Source: Lytechinus pictus
Taxonomy: Eukaryota
Direction: 5' to 3'
NCBI RefSeq assembly: GCF_037042905.1
Contig: NC_087252.1
Span: 22,446,001-22,510,000, forward strand
Length of the DNA stretch: 64,000 bases
The position numbers and the translations under genes were made by a program. Below are positions 39,301 through 51,470 of this stretch, in pieces (within the stretch, counting starts at the first letter, position 1; every line of letters begins with the position of its first letter). The notes beneath the pieces were generated by a model, which made no database searches, had not been told where the DNA came from, and saw only the letters and a list, made by a program, of their open reading frames with translations.

Positions 39301-40819
39301 TGCGACCAAGATCTGTGATGTCACACACGTACAACTCCCTCATTGCTTTAGTACTTATTTCACTTATATTCTCACTTTTATAGAATCTATCACAAGGTGA
39401 GGTGTTCTCTTTATGAGAGGACAAGTACCGAGGTTTCACAACATTATATCATTGATGAATCATTTTTCATATGATTAGAATGAGCAAAAAGAAATGTTTT
39501 GGGGTATATTTTCAGTGTCCCAAAGGGGAGAGTTGTTCATCTGTGATATCATAGATCTTGGTTGCGTTGCCAATGGGAGGATCTCCATAGCATTAGTGAT
39601 CTCGACATTCAAATGCTCATAACTTTTCTATTGTTAGTCCTATTTTACTCAAACTTTTGTTGATCTTATTCTTTGATTTTTCTGCTTTTACAAAAGCTAA
39701 CTTGCTCCAAGAGTTTCATTCTCCTTTAACAAAAATGGATTGATAACTGACTTAATGCACAAGATTCGGGAGGCGCGATAGCTCAGTCGGTAGAGCGGAG
39801 GTTTCGGATTCCGGTGACCCGGGTTCGATTCCCAAGTGGTGCGCTAGTGCCCTTTGGTAAGGCATTTATCCTCATTACCAGGTCCCTCTGAGAGGCCTTA
39901 AGCCGTTGGTCCACTGGTTGCTTGCTCACAGGCATTCGTGCTTTCTTAGCAGTCAGGTAAAACAACCTCGGTATATTCATAGCTGCAACTTTTTTTAAAA
40001 TGAGGGAGACATAGTGTATAGTATGTTTCACGGTACACCATGTATCTTTCTTGGGCAAGTGTTGGTCCTGAAAACGACCACCCAAACTTGACGTTTCGAC
40101 AAGTGTGTTCTTGACGTCTTCAGTGAGACATATCACACACACATGCATACAAATATGAAATAATTTGGATTTCATGTAATTTCATAAGAAAAAAGAAAAG
40201 TGGGGATATGTTACCATCAATCCACCTCATGGATATTCATGATGACGTGCACAAAATATTGCTTAACTTAATTCAATAACGTTGTTCTATGCTTTCAGAT
40301 TTTGCTGAAATTCTCAGCATTTTGCTCAGTGAATTTTACATTTTATTTATTTTCAGCCCAGAGTACCCCTTTAAGCAGTAAATTAGTCAATATACTGTCT
40401 TTATACTGAAGTCAAATAAAAAACAAAAGTGACATAATTTTACTCACATCACACATCATCTGTGTGATATTCTTGCTTAATTCACCGAAGCAATTATTTA
40501 AAAATTAGATTTTCCTCATTAATATACTTCGTATCGGGTTTTTTTCGTGGTGGTGGGGGGTTATATTATACATATCATATTATATGCAATCTGAATTTCC
40601 TTTTCAACCCCCCCCCCTACCATTCCGCTGCCTCTCAGTTTCTCCCCCTCACTCCCTCTCTTAATTTCTGGCTTTTAAACATGCAAAGCGAGTTACTGCG
40701 CACACACACACACACCCTCGAATGAATTTGACTTTCGAAATAAAATCTCTTCCGAAAATGATAAACATACACAATAAAAAATTAGATTGCGATCACTTTA
40801 CCTTCTTAGCTTTTGGCAT
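26991..40819 (-). CDS. Type II transmembrane SEA-mucin-HYR-C-type lectin protein, 744 aa, 12 coding exons
   Basis: Exons 40819-40802, 38294-38010, 37460-36803 (contains TM), 36176-36156, 35520-35464, 34574-34462, 33284-33217, 32820-32603 (SEA, F-S-P-G-S-I-I-V-D-F), 31824-31660 (Thr-rich), 30978-30742 (HYR: DTTPPTIVCP...DPSGNSDQCSFNVTV), 28929-28663 and 27118-26991 (CTL: CPAGW..CY..WVG..QPN..ENC..LHD..LCE). All introns are GT-AG with compatible phases; total 2235 nt. Exon 1 is the least certain. Confidence 0.85.
27419..28095. mobile_element. CACTA-like non-autonomous element
   Basis: TIRs (CA)CACTAAGAAAT / ATTTCTTAGTG(TG); flanks TAT/TAT; subterminal GTGCACCCC repeats. Confidence 0.65.
28237..28393. 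mobile_element. MITE with 5-bp TSD
   Basis: TIRs CAGGGGCCGCG..GGAAC / GTTCCGCGGCCCCTG; TSD TATGG; relative at 42935-43097. Confidence 0.75.
29908..30204. mobile_element. Harbinger-like MITE
   Basis: Ends GGCCC..GTATTCTGAA / TTCAGAATACGGGCC; inverted relative at ~35757-36018. Confidence 0.65.
35757..36018. mobile_element. Harbinger-like MITE (same family as 29908-30204)
   Basis: Reverse-complement homology to 29908-30204. Confidence 0.6.
39142..39725. mobile_element. Kolobok-like MITE
   Basis: TTAA TSD; TIRs AGGAGAATGAAAC / GTTTCATTCTCCT with long imperfect subterminal inverted repeats. Confidence 0.8.
39768..39968 (+). mobile_element. tRNA-derived SINE with CORE-like body
   Basis: A box TAGCTCAGTCGG, B box GGTTCGATTCCC, then GTGCCCTTTGGTAAGGCATTTATCCTC; no closing acceptor stem. 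Confidence 0.75.
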
Positions 40820-42246
40820 CCCTTGGTCAGGAGTCCTTCTCTGTTCCTTCAATTTTCCAATATAAAAGACTCAAGCCTGGTATAGCTTACAATAATCTAC
40901 AAATAAAGGCGTTCCTTCGACACTCCGATTAAATTCCGTAAAACTATATCCTGAAAATCATAGGTGTATGTGACAATAACATATACATATCGACATCATA
41001 CAGATGTGTCTTCGGTTCCCCAAGATTTGGCCTTTCTGAAATTATTTCCTGGTACGATACAATAAGGAGTATTAGTAAACCTTTTCAGACAGGTAAATGT
41101 AAACCTTGTTACGTAATCGTCCTCATTCATTCGTGCATTGAAGCGCAGCCATTCACACGATTTCTCGCTGTTTTAGAGATAGAGAGAAAAGGAGACAAAA
41201 AAGTGCAACGTGAAAGAAATAAGAAGGGGCAATTCACTGACGTCACAATGTCAATTATAGAAACTCGGCAGTATCGCATTGAACAGTTTATAATTACGAT
41301 TTAGCGACAGATGTACTATACATATACAGATAAAAAAAATAAAAACATCAGTTATCAACGTAATAATGTCGGAGTATATAAGATTAATGGACGATAAAGA
41401 TTCGCAAAGGCGCATCAGCTAGTTTTTGGGTGCGCCGTATGGGCAGATCTAGATTTTAATAACACTTTTTACAGGCACCAAGGGGGCAGGTCCCTGCCCC
41501 AGTTGGAAGCATTGCTAACCATGCAAAGAAAAACCGCAACCAGGTTGTAAATTTTACTTTTTTAACGTTTATTGGAAAAAATTTGGGGGCCACTATCCAC
41601 ATGCTTTGGTCTAATTGCCATATCGTCCACTCACCATTTCGTCTAATTACCAGTTGTTCCAATGGCCATAGTCCATATACCATTTGTTCTAATAAATGGA
41701 CGAAATGATTGAAAACAAAATGGGTATTAGACCAACTGGTTATGAGACGAAATTGTCACAGACGAACTGGTGATTAGTCGAAGTGATAATTGGACCAAAT
41801 GGTTGTTAGATGTATTAGAATTATATTAGATGTATTATAATTGTATTAGACTTAATGAAGATAGTGCATGGTGAGTGGACGAGTTGGCAGTAGACAAATT
41901 GCAATTTACCCTTTGAACTACCTTTACCATGTTTATACCCTTACCAAATGTTATACAAGATTTGAAACACCAACGACGAGGTGTTTACTTTAATATGAAT
42001 AATTATGAAAAAAATACATGTAAGGCAATTTGACTGATGCTTAAATGTTATTTAATTAGTCGTTGAGAATGTCTGTTTTGCAGATATTTCACCTTGCTTA
42101 TACCACTTTCAGTGACTCGCTGATCCTGCGGACCATGCAGTCCCGAGCTAATTCGTAAAAATTTTAGTTTATTAATGGCGCGGGCTAAAATAGCACACGC
42201 CATGATGCCCGGGCTGGTAAGGTGCCGCGTTTATCATCACCAGACC

Positions 42247-42718
42247 CATTGGCGTAAATCCCGGGGGGATGTGGGGATATATCCCCCCACTTTTTGGAGA
42301 GGGGGGATGGCGTGTACAAATATCTCCCCACTTTTTAAGAAAGAAAATATATTTTAATTAATCCGTTAGTAAAATCTTTGAATATATGTCATAAACAACC
42401 ATCATATTTTAGAATTTCTATTTGAAAATGCGATTGAAAACCAAGAAAGTGGTTATTTTTGGCTTGCTCGCTTTGCTCGCTTATAATTATTTAAGAATTT
42501 CTGTTAGAAAATGCCATTAGAAACTAGAAAAAAAATTATTTTTGGCTCACTCGCTTCACTCGCTCGCAAAATAAATATTAAAATGTGTGTAAGAGGGTCT
42601 GTGGGGGTCAGTGAGAGTGTGTGCTTATACCTAAGTGTGAGATCGACAGAAAAAAAAAATCGTCAAAAAAGTCAATCGCCCCCCCCCCCCCACTCCTCAG
42701 AGTAGATTTACGCCGGTG
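42247..42718. mobile_element. hAT-like MITE in the flank of tRNA unit 1
   Basis: TIRs CATTGGCGTAAATC / GATTTACGCCGGTG; 8-bp TSD ACCAGACC; empty site in unit 2 at ~43187. Confidence 0.85.
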
Positions 42719-42788
42719 ACCAGACCAGCCCCATCCCTTATGTGCCCGAGTATGTGAATGGGTGATCGTAAAAGGCCGACAAAATTAA

Positions 42789-42859
42789 TGCACTGTCGGG
42801 GAATCGAACCCCGGTCACAAGAATGGGAATCTTGTATGATACCACTACACTAACAGTGC
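42789..42859 (-). tRNA. tRNA-Gly (anticodon CCC)
   Basis: GCACTGTTAGTGTAGTGGTATCATACAAGATTCCCATTCTTGTGACCGGGGTTCGATTCCCCGACAGTGCA: perfect acceptor, anticodon and T stems; T-run terminator just downstream. Confidence 0.95.
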
Positions 42860-42934
42860 TTTCTTGACAAATTTGCTGGAGTCTAATTAAAAGATTCAAA
42901 GATTAATTTCATTAATTCTCTCTTGTGGCTTGTG

Positions 42935-43097
42935 CAGGGACCGCGGAAGCGGGGGGACTGGGGGCTTCAGCCCCCCCCCCCCACTTTTTCCAAAACCGTG
43001 TACAAACACGTAAGAATGACCATAGAACTGTGATTTTTTTTTGCATGGTCAGCCACCCCCCCCCCCCCCCACTTTGAAGTCCGTTCCGCGGCCCCAG
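42935..43097. mobile_element. MITE of the 28237-28393 family
   Basis: CAGGGACCGCGGAA ... TTCCGCGGCCCCAG with shared internal sequence. Confidence 0.6.
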
Positions 43098-43256
43098 GCT
43101 CTTCCGTAAAAAAAAAAAAAAAGATTATTAACGGCGCGGGCTAAAATAGCACACGCCATGCCCGGCTGTTAAGGTGCTGTGTCAGCACCAGACCAGCCCC
43201 ATCCCTTATGTACCCGAGTATATGAATGGGTGATCGGAAAAAGGCCGACAAAATAA

Positions 43257-43327
43257 TGCACTGTCGGGGAATCGAACCCCGGTCACAAGAATGGGAATCT
43301 TGTATGATACCACTACACTAACAGTGC
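43257..43327 (-). tRNA. tRNA-Gly (anticodon CCC), identical second copy
   Basis: Sequence identical to 42789-42859; flanks also duplicated. Confidence 0.95.
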
Positions 43328-43522
43328 TCTCTTGACAAATTTACTGGAGTCTAATCGAAAGATATATAGCTTCATTTCCTTCTCTCTTATGCGTTATTCA
43401 TGCAGTTGGATGCACATCTTTGTTGCTCTCATGATATGCAGTATCAGTAGATTAAAATGTGCATATATTATTCGGATATTTGGGAATGAGTCTATATTAT
43501 TTCGATCATAGAATCCAACTAT

Positions 43523-44070
43523 CAGTGGCGTACCGTGGGTCAAGGCATTGGGGGAGGGGAGCACCAGCAAAAATTTCGAGTCACATTTTACTATTTCCTA
43601 TGAGATTGCTTCTCTTCTTGGGTTTTGGTGTCCTTTAAAATGGGGCAATCACTTTTAGTAGTCATAAAAAAGAAGCATATGCCACTCCATAAAACAATAA
43701 TAACTCGAAGTGCGAGGAAATATATTTGGTGTATATTGACATGAAAACGGGAGATTTTAGTACAACAGGATTATATATCTCGTTAAACCGACAAAAATAA
43801 TGCGAGCACCAGGAACAATGAAGATATAGGCCCTGAGCAAATTATGTTTCATAAAGTTATGAAAAAATGTTTCTTATGTAATATAGCATAGCATAATTGA
43901 AATATAATATAACATTAAAATGAACAATAATTTCTTCTTTCCCGCTAAATTTATCTTCCTTTCTCCCTCTTTTTCTCCTTGTCGCCGTTTTTTTTTGGCC
44001 AGCCGATTGGGGGGGGGGGGGGGCACGTGCCCCCCATGCCCCCCCCCCCCTCCCCGTAGTTACGCCACTG
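43523..44070. mobile_element. hAT-like MITE
   Basis: TIRs CAGTGGCGTA / TACGCCACTG; flanks CAACTAT / CAACTAC (7 bp, one mismatch). Confidence 0.7.
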
Positions 44071-45104
44071 CAACTACTTTACCAATTCTACTGGTTGATT
44101 GTGGCGCTTGGTAATTTTTTTTAAAGAAAATGTGTCCTTATTAACAAGTTGTAAATATCGTTTTAATCTGGAAATATCCCCCATGCAGTGGCAATAAAAG
44201 TTGTGGAACGGCAATTTCATGTTTAACCATGTGCATTTGAATTCACGCGTTATCGTTTTCCCGGAGATATCGGTCATTAAAATTTTAAAATCAGACGATG
44301 GGATTCATTCAAATACAGTAGAATACATTTATAATCATTTGAATAAATTTATGGTTAAGTCTATTTCAAATTTGATCACTTCAAGATTTGTCATGTGCTT
44401 TTGATTTCGTTTTAAGGCAAATTAAAAAGGTTCGTTAATGGTCTTACAAATCAACGAATGTACATTTTTATTCAAAACTATGGACAACGAAATTCGGCTT
44501 GAGCAACCAATTTAATTTTTGAGAGTTCAAATTAATGATGTGTAAATTCGTTTGTTTTGCATTGCATCTGTATTTATTATGTAAATGTATAAGTATCATA
44601 AAATTAAAATTGTTGTGCATTGTGACTAAATTAGTGTTTGTTTAGCCAAAATTTGAATTTCCAAAATATCTTAATAGTTTTCATCAAAAACACAATTTTT
44701 TGCATCTTTTGCAAAGGGTATTGCGTTTCGTTTAAAAAGGTATTAAGGACAATTTTATATTTTTCCTTTTCACCGACAATTGTGTGGGCATTTTTATGAA
44801 TATATGTTCTTTTTAACTTTATTAAAAGTCCCAACAAGGGCAGATCAAGGAGTTTCCAAGGGGGATTTTGTCGGTCAGGAAATTTTGACAACTAAAAAAA
44901 ATTAAATTAAATTAAAAAAAACACTGCAAAATCGAGGTCATTTGTTCAAGGAAAAATTTGACAAGCAAAAAAAAATACCTCCCAAATTGCCTGTGCATGA
45001 CACATTCCAGTAAAAAAAAATGTGCCTAAAAAAGTGGGTCCGCCACTGACATGTCCTTTTTAGGCCTATACATATTTTCAAATTTATCATAGGGGATCCT
45101 CTGT

Positions 45105-45543
45105 ATAATAATAATATGAACATTTGTAATGCGCCGGTATCCATCATAAAAAGATGCTCATGGCGCAATAAAGAAAAGAAAAGGAAAAAGAAAAAGAAAG
45201 GAAGGAAGAAAGAATGAAATGAAACCTACTAAAAAGAGGGGTAGAATAACAATTACCTAAAAGCTTGCGTGAATAACCAGGTTTTAAGAGAACTTTTGAA
45301 AGTGGTGAGACAAGAAATATTGCGGATTTCTATTGGCAGTTTATTCCATAGGAAAGGCCCAGCATGTTGAAATGATCGACCCCCCCCCCCCCATGAATTA
45401 TGAGATTGTGGTAAAGCGAGTAAGAATGAACTAGAAGACTTAAGGTTGGTGACATGGTGACGATACGGGCAGCATTATGTTGGAGTTTCCTAAGGCGATC
45501 TAACTGAGATTGTGAAACATTATATACTAAAGCATTGCATGGC
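45105..45543 (-). mobile_element. 3' fragment of an L2/CR1-group LINE
   Basis: Minus-strand translations CNALVYNVSQSQLDRLRKLQHNAARIVT and RSFQHAGPFLWNKLPIEIRNISCLTTFKSSLKTWLF are typical of the post-RT C-terminus; (TTA) tail. Confidence 0.75.
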
Positions 45544-45827
45544 ATATTTGGAAGGGATGGCTCCATACCACCGTCTATATAGTAGGTCCATGATACCACC
45601 AACCGGTGCCATTATTAGGCCTTATTTCTCGAAAAAATATATTATTAATACTAAATAGGTTCATTATTGCGGAATGAAATAATCGCTAGAGGGTATTCAT
45701 TTGTCTCGCAATCTACATATGGTCAACAGGGAAATTCGTGATCGCTCTCGCAAAAAGTGTTCACTAGCTTTCTAGGAAATTCGTGATCACTCTCGCAAAA
45801 AGTGTTCACTATAGCTTCTAAAGCCCC

Positions 45828-45863
45828 TCTCTACTTCTATCTATCTATCTATCTATCTATCTA

Positions 45864-45912
<49 letters not shown>

Positions 45913-45936
45913 CTATCTATCTATCTATCTATCTGG

Positions 45937-45968
<32 letters not shown>

Positions 45969-45985
45969 GTCTCTATCTATTTATC
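45828..45985. repeat. (TCTA)n/(CT)n microsatellite
   Basis: Direct reading. Confidence 0.9.
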
Positions 45986-46229
45986 AGTCTTCTATATCTA
46001 TCTTTCGGCATCTAAGTGTATCAATCCATCAAACTTCAATTTTCTTTCTATTATATGTATCTGTTTATTTTTATTTTGTCTGTCATTCTATTCATTTAGT
46101 TAATAATTTATATTTAGAAAAAAAACTTTTTCATAACTTTTCATTAAAAAAAAGTAACTGCAAAAGCATGTTCGGATTTCACTCATATGACTGCTCTCTG
46201 TACATGAAGTGCCGAGGAACTCTATATGC

Positions 46230-46457
46230 TCTGATCAGTAACTGTGCAGATTGCATGCGGTGGTGTGGGACTCGCCTGTGTCGCACGCTGCAACCAGCGA
46301 CGTGTGTAGACTCTTCACTATTCGCTTTGTGGCTATTTTTGCGGAAAATGCCTTCGCCAGGCCAGGGTGTAAAACGGAAACGCGCCCCCCGGCGACGCTC
46401 GTGAAAGCTACGGCTAGTACCGCCCACTGACTGTCCAGTGTCCACATCCTGAAGATT
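46230..46457 (+). promoter_or_regulatory. Probable original CpG-rich promoter / 5' region of VPS26C
   Basis: Locally CpG-rich with CGGAAA (ETS-like) and CCGCCC motifs; removing the foldback element joins it to the ~60 nt preceding the VPS26C ATG. Confidence 0.45.
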
Positions 46458-46849
46458 ACTGCTGGCTAGCGACCGACGGGTTTCCATTCTCGGCCGTTCT
46501 CTGATTGGTCAGTTAAGACAGTGCGGTGTCTGTGTGTTCCGTGTGTGTATGTGTGATGCGAAGCGTGCTGTACATGTGTTCACTGGATTTGTGGGCATAG
46601 ACTAGATACCCAGTCGTTTTATTGATTTTAACCTTACAATTAATAACAACGCGATTAGGGATATTTTGTTGCTGTGTGTGCATGTGAAGGATAGAAGTTT
46701 CTTACAGCTCTTAATTAACTGACTCTCTTTCCAAGCTTAATATTTAAATGATAATTGCTACATTCCAAGTTTTTGGAAAATAAGGGGCTTTTATTTTTTC
46801 CTCAGTGTATTAATTCTCCCATTACATCGAGACAAAACAATGTCCACTG

Positions 46850-47878
46850 TACATTGAAACCTGCCATTCAATTGACTATATATGTTTCAGTGTATAATGA
46901 AAATGGAAACATGCCGGTCAATTGACTATATTTATTTCAGTGTATAATGAAATTGGAAACATGCCGGTCAGTTTACCATATGTTTCAGTGTATAATGAAA
47001 ATGGAAACATTCCGGTCAATTGACTATATATGTTTCAGTGTATAATGAAACTGGAAACATGCTGGTCAATTGACCAGTGTATAATGAAATGGAAACATGC
47101 CGGTCAATTGACTATATGTTTCAGTGTATAATGAAAATGCATGGAAACATATGCCGGTCAATTGGGTATGTGTTTCAGTGTGTAATGAAAATGGAAACAT
47201 GCCGGTCAATGGACAGTGTAAATGGAAACATGCCAGTCAATTGACCAGTATAATATGAAAATGGAAACATGCCGGTCAATTGACTATATGTTTCAGTGTA
47301 TAATGAAAATGGAAACATTCCGGTCAATTGACTATATGTTTCAGTGTATAATGAAACTGGAAACATGCCGGTCAGTTTACCATATGTTTCAGTGTATAAT
47401 GAAACTGGAAACATGCCGGTCAGTTTACCATATGTTTCAGTGTATAATGAAAATGGAAACATGCCGGTCAATTGACTATATGTTTCAGTGTATAATGAAA
47501 CTAAAAATAAATGCCAGTCAATTGACCAGGATATGAAACTGGAAACATGCCGGTCAGTTTACCATATGTTTCAGTGTATAATGAAAATGGAAACATGCCG
47601 GTCAATTGACTATATGTTTCAGTGTATAATGAAACTAAAAATAAATGCCAGTCAATTGACCAGTATAATATGAAAATGGAAACATGCCGGTCAGTTTACC
47701 ATATGTTTCAGTGTATAATGAAAATGGAAACATGCCGGTCAATTGACTATATGTTTCAGTGTATAATGAAAATGGAAACATTCCGGTCAATTGACTATAT
47801 GTTTCAGTGTATAATGAAACTGGAAACATGCCGGTCAATTGACCAGTGTATAATGAAATGGAAACATGCCGGTCAATT
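46850..47878 (+). repeat. 48-bp minisatellite, left arm of the foldback element
   Basis: Unit ATGGAAACATGCCGGTCAATTGACTATATGTTTCAGTGTATAATGAAA, roughly 20 or more copies with shorter variants. Confidence 0.95.
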
Positions 47879-49669
47879 CTGTTCATTTTCTCTTTCTCTT
47901 TTGTTCTTTCTATCATTGTCTATCTACTAAAGACATATGTAATAAAGATCAGACGCATGGGGATTTTTTTTTTTACTTTTTAATTTAATTTTATTTATTT
48001 ATTTCCGTTTCACAATTTCATATTCTTTGAAAAACAGAAAGTAACAAGAACGTTTTTCATCAGCTAGATCATGATGCATGTATTAATCATTCATTAAGAT
48101 TTCACATTGTGAATAAATGTGCAAATTGAAAATCGCAATTTAAAAGACAAATGAACTTCATTCTTTCATTTTTTCAATAAATTTTGTTTGTTTAATTTAT
48201 TCACCATGCAACACAAAAATAAAACGTCAGAAATATAGTATACACATTGATATAATGATACATATAGGAGGAGCTGAACATAAACAAAATATGTTTGAAG
48301 TGCAGATAGCATCATAGGTAAATATTCGAACTAAACCATTGGCTCTATCTATATAAGCATTCATTAAAAAAATAATAATAATGCCCTATATAGCATGTAT
48401 ATCATCTTGAATTAAATTTAAAAAACATATGCATCAACTATATCTCAAAGAGGAAAAGTATACTAAAAAAAAATACAGTATAAATCCATACAAATTTCAG
48501 GATATTTTTATGATGAATTGGGGAGTGTTAAGGGGAGGGGGGGGGGGCATCACGCCCCAGCCCAGTTTGGGGTTAAGAAAGTGTTAAATTATTTTCAGTA
48601 ATTAATACCCATTTGATTGCCTTGACAAATTATTGGATATATCTTTCAATAAAATGACAAATATTTTTTCCATATTTTCAACAACGTGTATTGTAAAATC
48701 AGAACAGCTTCGATAGAAATATCACTTCGCTTACTTTGGAAGTAGTATTGCATTGCAATTAGTAATCCATATATATGTTCCATTTAAAGAGATGGTCGAT
48801 CCAGGCTGGGAATATTTCTACCAAATTAAGAACTAAAACAATGGGATTGACTGATTGCGTGCATTAGTTATTGCCGCAACTTTCATCTTATGGAGACACA
48901 TCATTTACACACGTATGAAAAAATGAAACATTTATGACTTAAGTTCATGTAATAATAAGAAAGGAAAGTGGGGATTTGACATCATCAGCCCACTATAATA
49001 TTCATGACGATGTGCATAACTGTTTTCACAAAATATTGATAAACTTTAAAATTCAATAACTTCCTTATCTGTTATCCGATTTTAAATTTTCAACATTTTG
49101 CTTGGTGAATTTTATTATATTTACTTTATAACAATATCAAAGTAATGTGGAGGTTCCGGTCTGCAAACTTCTCTGTTGAGACTCCTCCTATACACAAAAA
49201 TATAAGTAAATGAAAAAAGTAATAGGCATAAACATTCCTAATTAAACCTTTCTTTAAATAAAGCTAGGGAACAGCTAAGTGTTAAATATACATTCGATGA
49301 TATCCATAGGCAAATTACTCTTCTAATAAATACTACAATAGTCCCTGAATAAAATATGCTTTCTCCGCATAATACCCCCCCCCCCCGATAATACCCTAAC
49401 ACAATAATGGTGTGTTAATCCCTTGTACTCAGTATTGATTTTAAGGTCATAGTCAGAGTCTCATGGGAATTTAAAAGGGGATTACAGCGTGAAAGTTCCT
49501 TTTGATTAGTCCCATATCAATGACATATGGATAGTAATTAAGTCCCTTTAATAGTAAACTTGTCAGACATATCCTGCCATAATCAACAAGTACATGCAGT
49601 CAATATAAAAAAACTTCCTACTATTATGCTTTACAGGCAACCCAAACGTCCACATTTTGCAATGAAACT

Positions 49670-51032
49670 TGTTGACAGGCATGTTTCCATTTTCATTATG
49701 CAGTGAAATATGACCGGCATGCATATGTTTCCATTTTCATATTATACTGGTCAATTGACCGGCATGTTTCCATTTTCATATATACCGGTCAATTGACCGG
49801 CATGTTTCCATTTTCATTATATACACTGATATATATGGTCAATTGACCGGCATGTTTCCATTTTCATATATACCGGTCAATTGACCGGCATGTTTCCATT
49901 TTCATTATATACACTGATATATATGGTCAATTGACCGGCATGTTTCCATTTTCATTAAATACACTGAAATATATGGTCAATTGACCGGCATGTTTCCATT
50001 TTCATTATAAACTGAAGCATATGGTCAATTGACCGGCATGTTTCCATTTTCATATATACCGGTCAATTGACCGGCATGTTTCCATTTTCATTATATACAC
50101 TGATATATATGGTCAATTGACCGGCATGTTTCCATTTTCATTAAATACACTGAAATATATGGTCAATTGACCGGCATGTTTCCATTTTCATTATAAACTG
50201 ACGCATATGGTCAATTGACCGGCATGTTTCCATTTTCATTATACACTGAAATATATCATGGTCAATTGACCAGCATGTTTCCATTTTCATTATACACTGA
50301 AATATATGGTCAATTAACCGGCATGTTTCCATTTTCGTTATACACTAAAATATATGGTCAATTGACCGGCATGTTTCCATTTAATTAATTGACCGGCATG
50401 TTTCCATTTTCATTATATGCACTGAAAAAAGTCAATTGACCGGCATGTTTCCATTTTCATATACAATGAAATATATCGTCAATTAACCGGCACGTTTCCA
50501 TTTTCATATACACTGAAACATATGGTCAATTGACCGGCATGTTTCCATTTTCATTATACACTGAAATATATGGTCAATTGACCGGCATGTTTCCGTTTTC
50601 ATTATACACTGAAATATATGGTCAATTGACCGGCATGTTCCCATTTAATTAATTGACCGGCATGTTTCCATTTTCATTATATGCACTGAAAAAAGTCAAT
50701 TGACCATCATGTTTCCATTTTCATTATGGTCAATTGACCGGCATGTTTCCATTTTCATATACACTGAAACATATGGTCAATTGACCAGCATGTTTCCATT
50801 TTCATTATATACACTGAAATATATGGTCAATTGACCGGCATGTTTCCATTTTCATAGTACCGGTTAATTAACTGGCATGTTTCCATTTTCATATTATACC
50901 GGTTAATTGACCGGCATGTTTCCATTTTCATTATACACTGAAACATATGGTAAACTGACCGGCATGTTTCCACTTTTATAATACACTGTCCATTGACCGG
51001 CATGTTTCCATTTTCATTATACAGTGGACATT
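49670..51032 (-). repeat. 48-bp minisatellite, right arm (reverse complement)
   Basis: Unit GGTCAATTGACCGGCATGTTTCCATTTTCATTATACACTGAAATATAT, roughly 30 copies. Confidence 0.95.
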
Positions 51033-51470
51033 CTAATGTAATGAAACACAAGTGTGAAGACTCTTTAATTGACATGTAATGGGAGAATTTTCTAAAACAA
51101 ACAAATTAATTGGAATTTAGCAATTATCATTATAATTTTAAGCTTGGGAAGAGAGTCAGTTAATTGAGAGCTGTAAGAAACTTCTATCCTTCACATGCAC
51201 ACACAGCAACAAAATAAACCCATCCCTGATCGTTGTTATTGTAAGGTTAAAATCAAGAAAACGACTGGTTTTCTACTCTATGCCCTCACGTCCAGTGAAC
51301 ACATGTACCGCACGCTTCGCACCACACATACACACACGGAACACACAGTCTTAACTGACCAATCAGAGAACGGCTGAGAATGGAAACCCGTCGGTCGCTA
51401 GCCAGCAGTTGAAGACTGAACTCGAATATCGGGTAATATCAGCCCTGGATTTCACATCTAAGCTATCTAA

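Larger units (their letters stand above)
46458..51409. mobile_element. ~5-kb non-autonomous foldback-type DNA transposon
   Basis: Inverted arms start ACTGCTGGCTAGCGACCGACGGGTTTCCATTCTC; ~390-bp unique outer part plus inverted inner tandem arrays; TSD TGAAGATT/TGAAGACT (8 bp, one mismatch); no internal ORF. Confidence 0.85.

Noticed and set aside
39768..39845. Functional tRNA gene
   Set aside because: The acceptor stem does not close, the anticodon arm is irregular and the sequence continues into a SINE body.
45802..46404. 200-aa plus-strand ORF
   Set aside because: Largely translated (TCTA)n/(CT)n microsatellite.
46230..46457. snRNA or 7SK-like RNA (TATTTTTG Sm-like site; GGATGTG on the minus strand)
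   Set aside because: No other diagnostic motifs of U snRNAs, 7SK, RNase P/MRP or telomerase RNA recognised; a promoter is the simpler explanation.
46850..51032. CRISPR array or repeat protein (METCRSIDYMFQCIMK)
   Set aside because: Tandem 48-bp units without unique spacers, frequent frameshifts, and present as mirror images in transposon arms.
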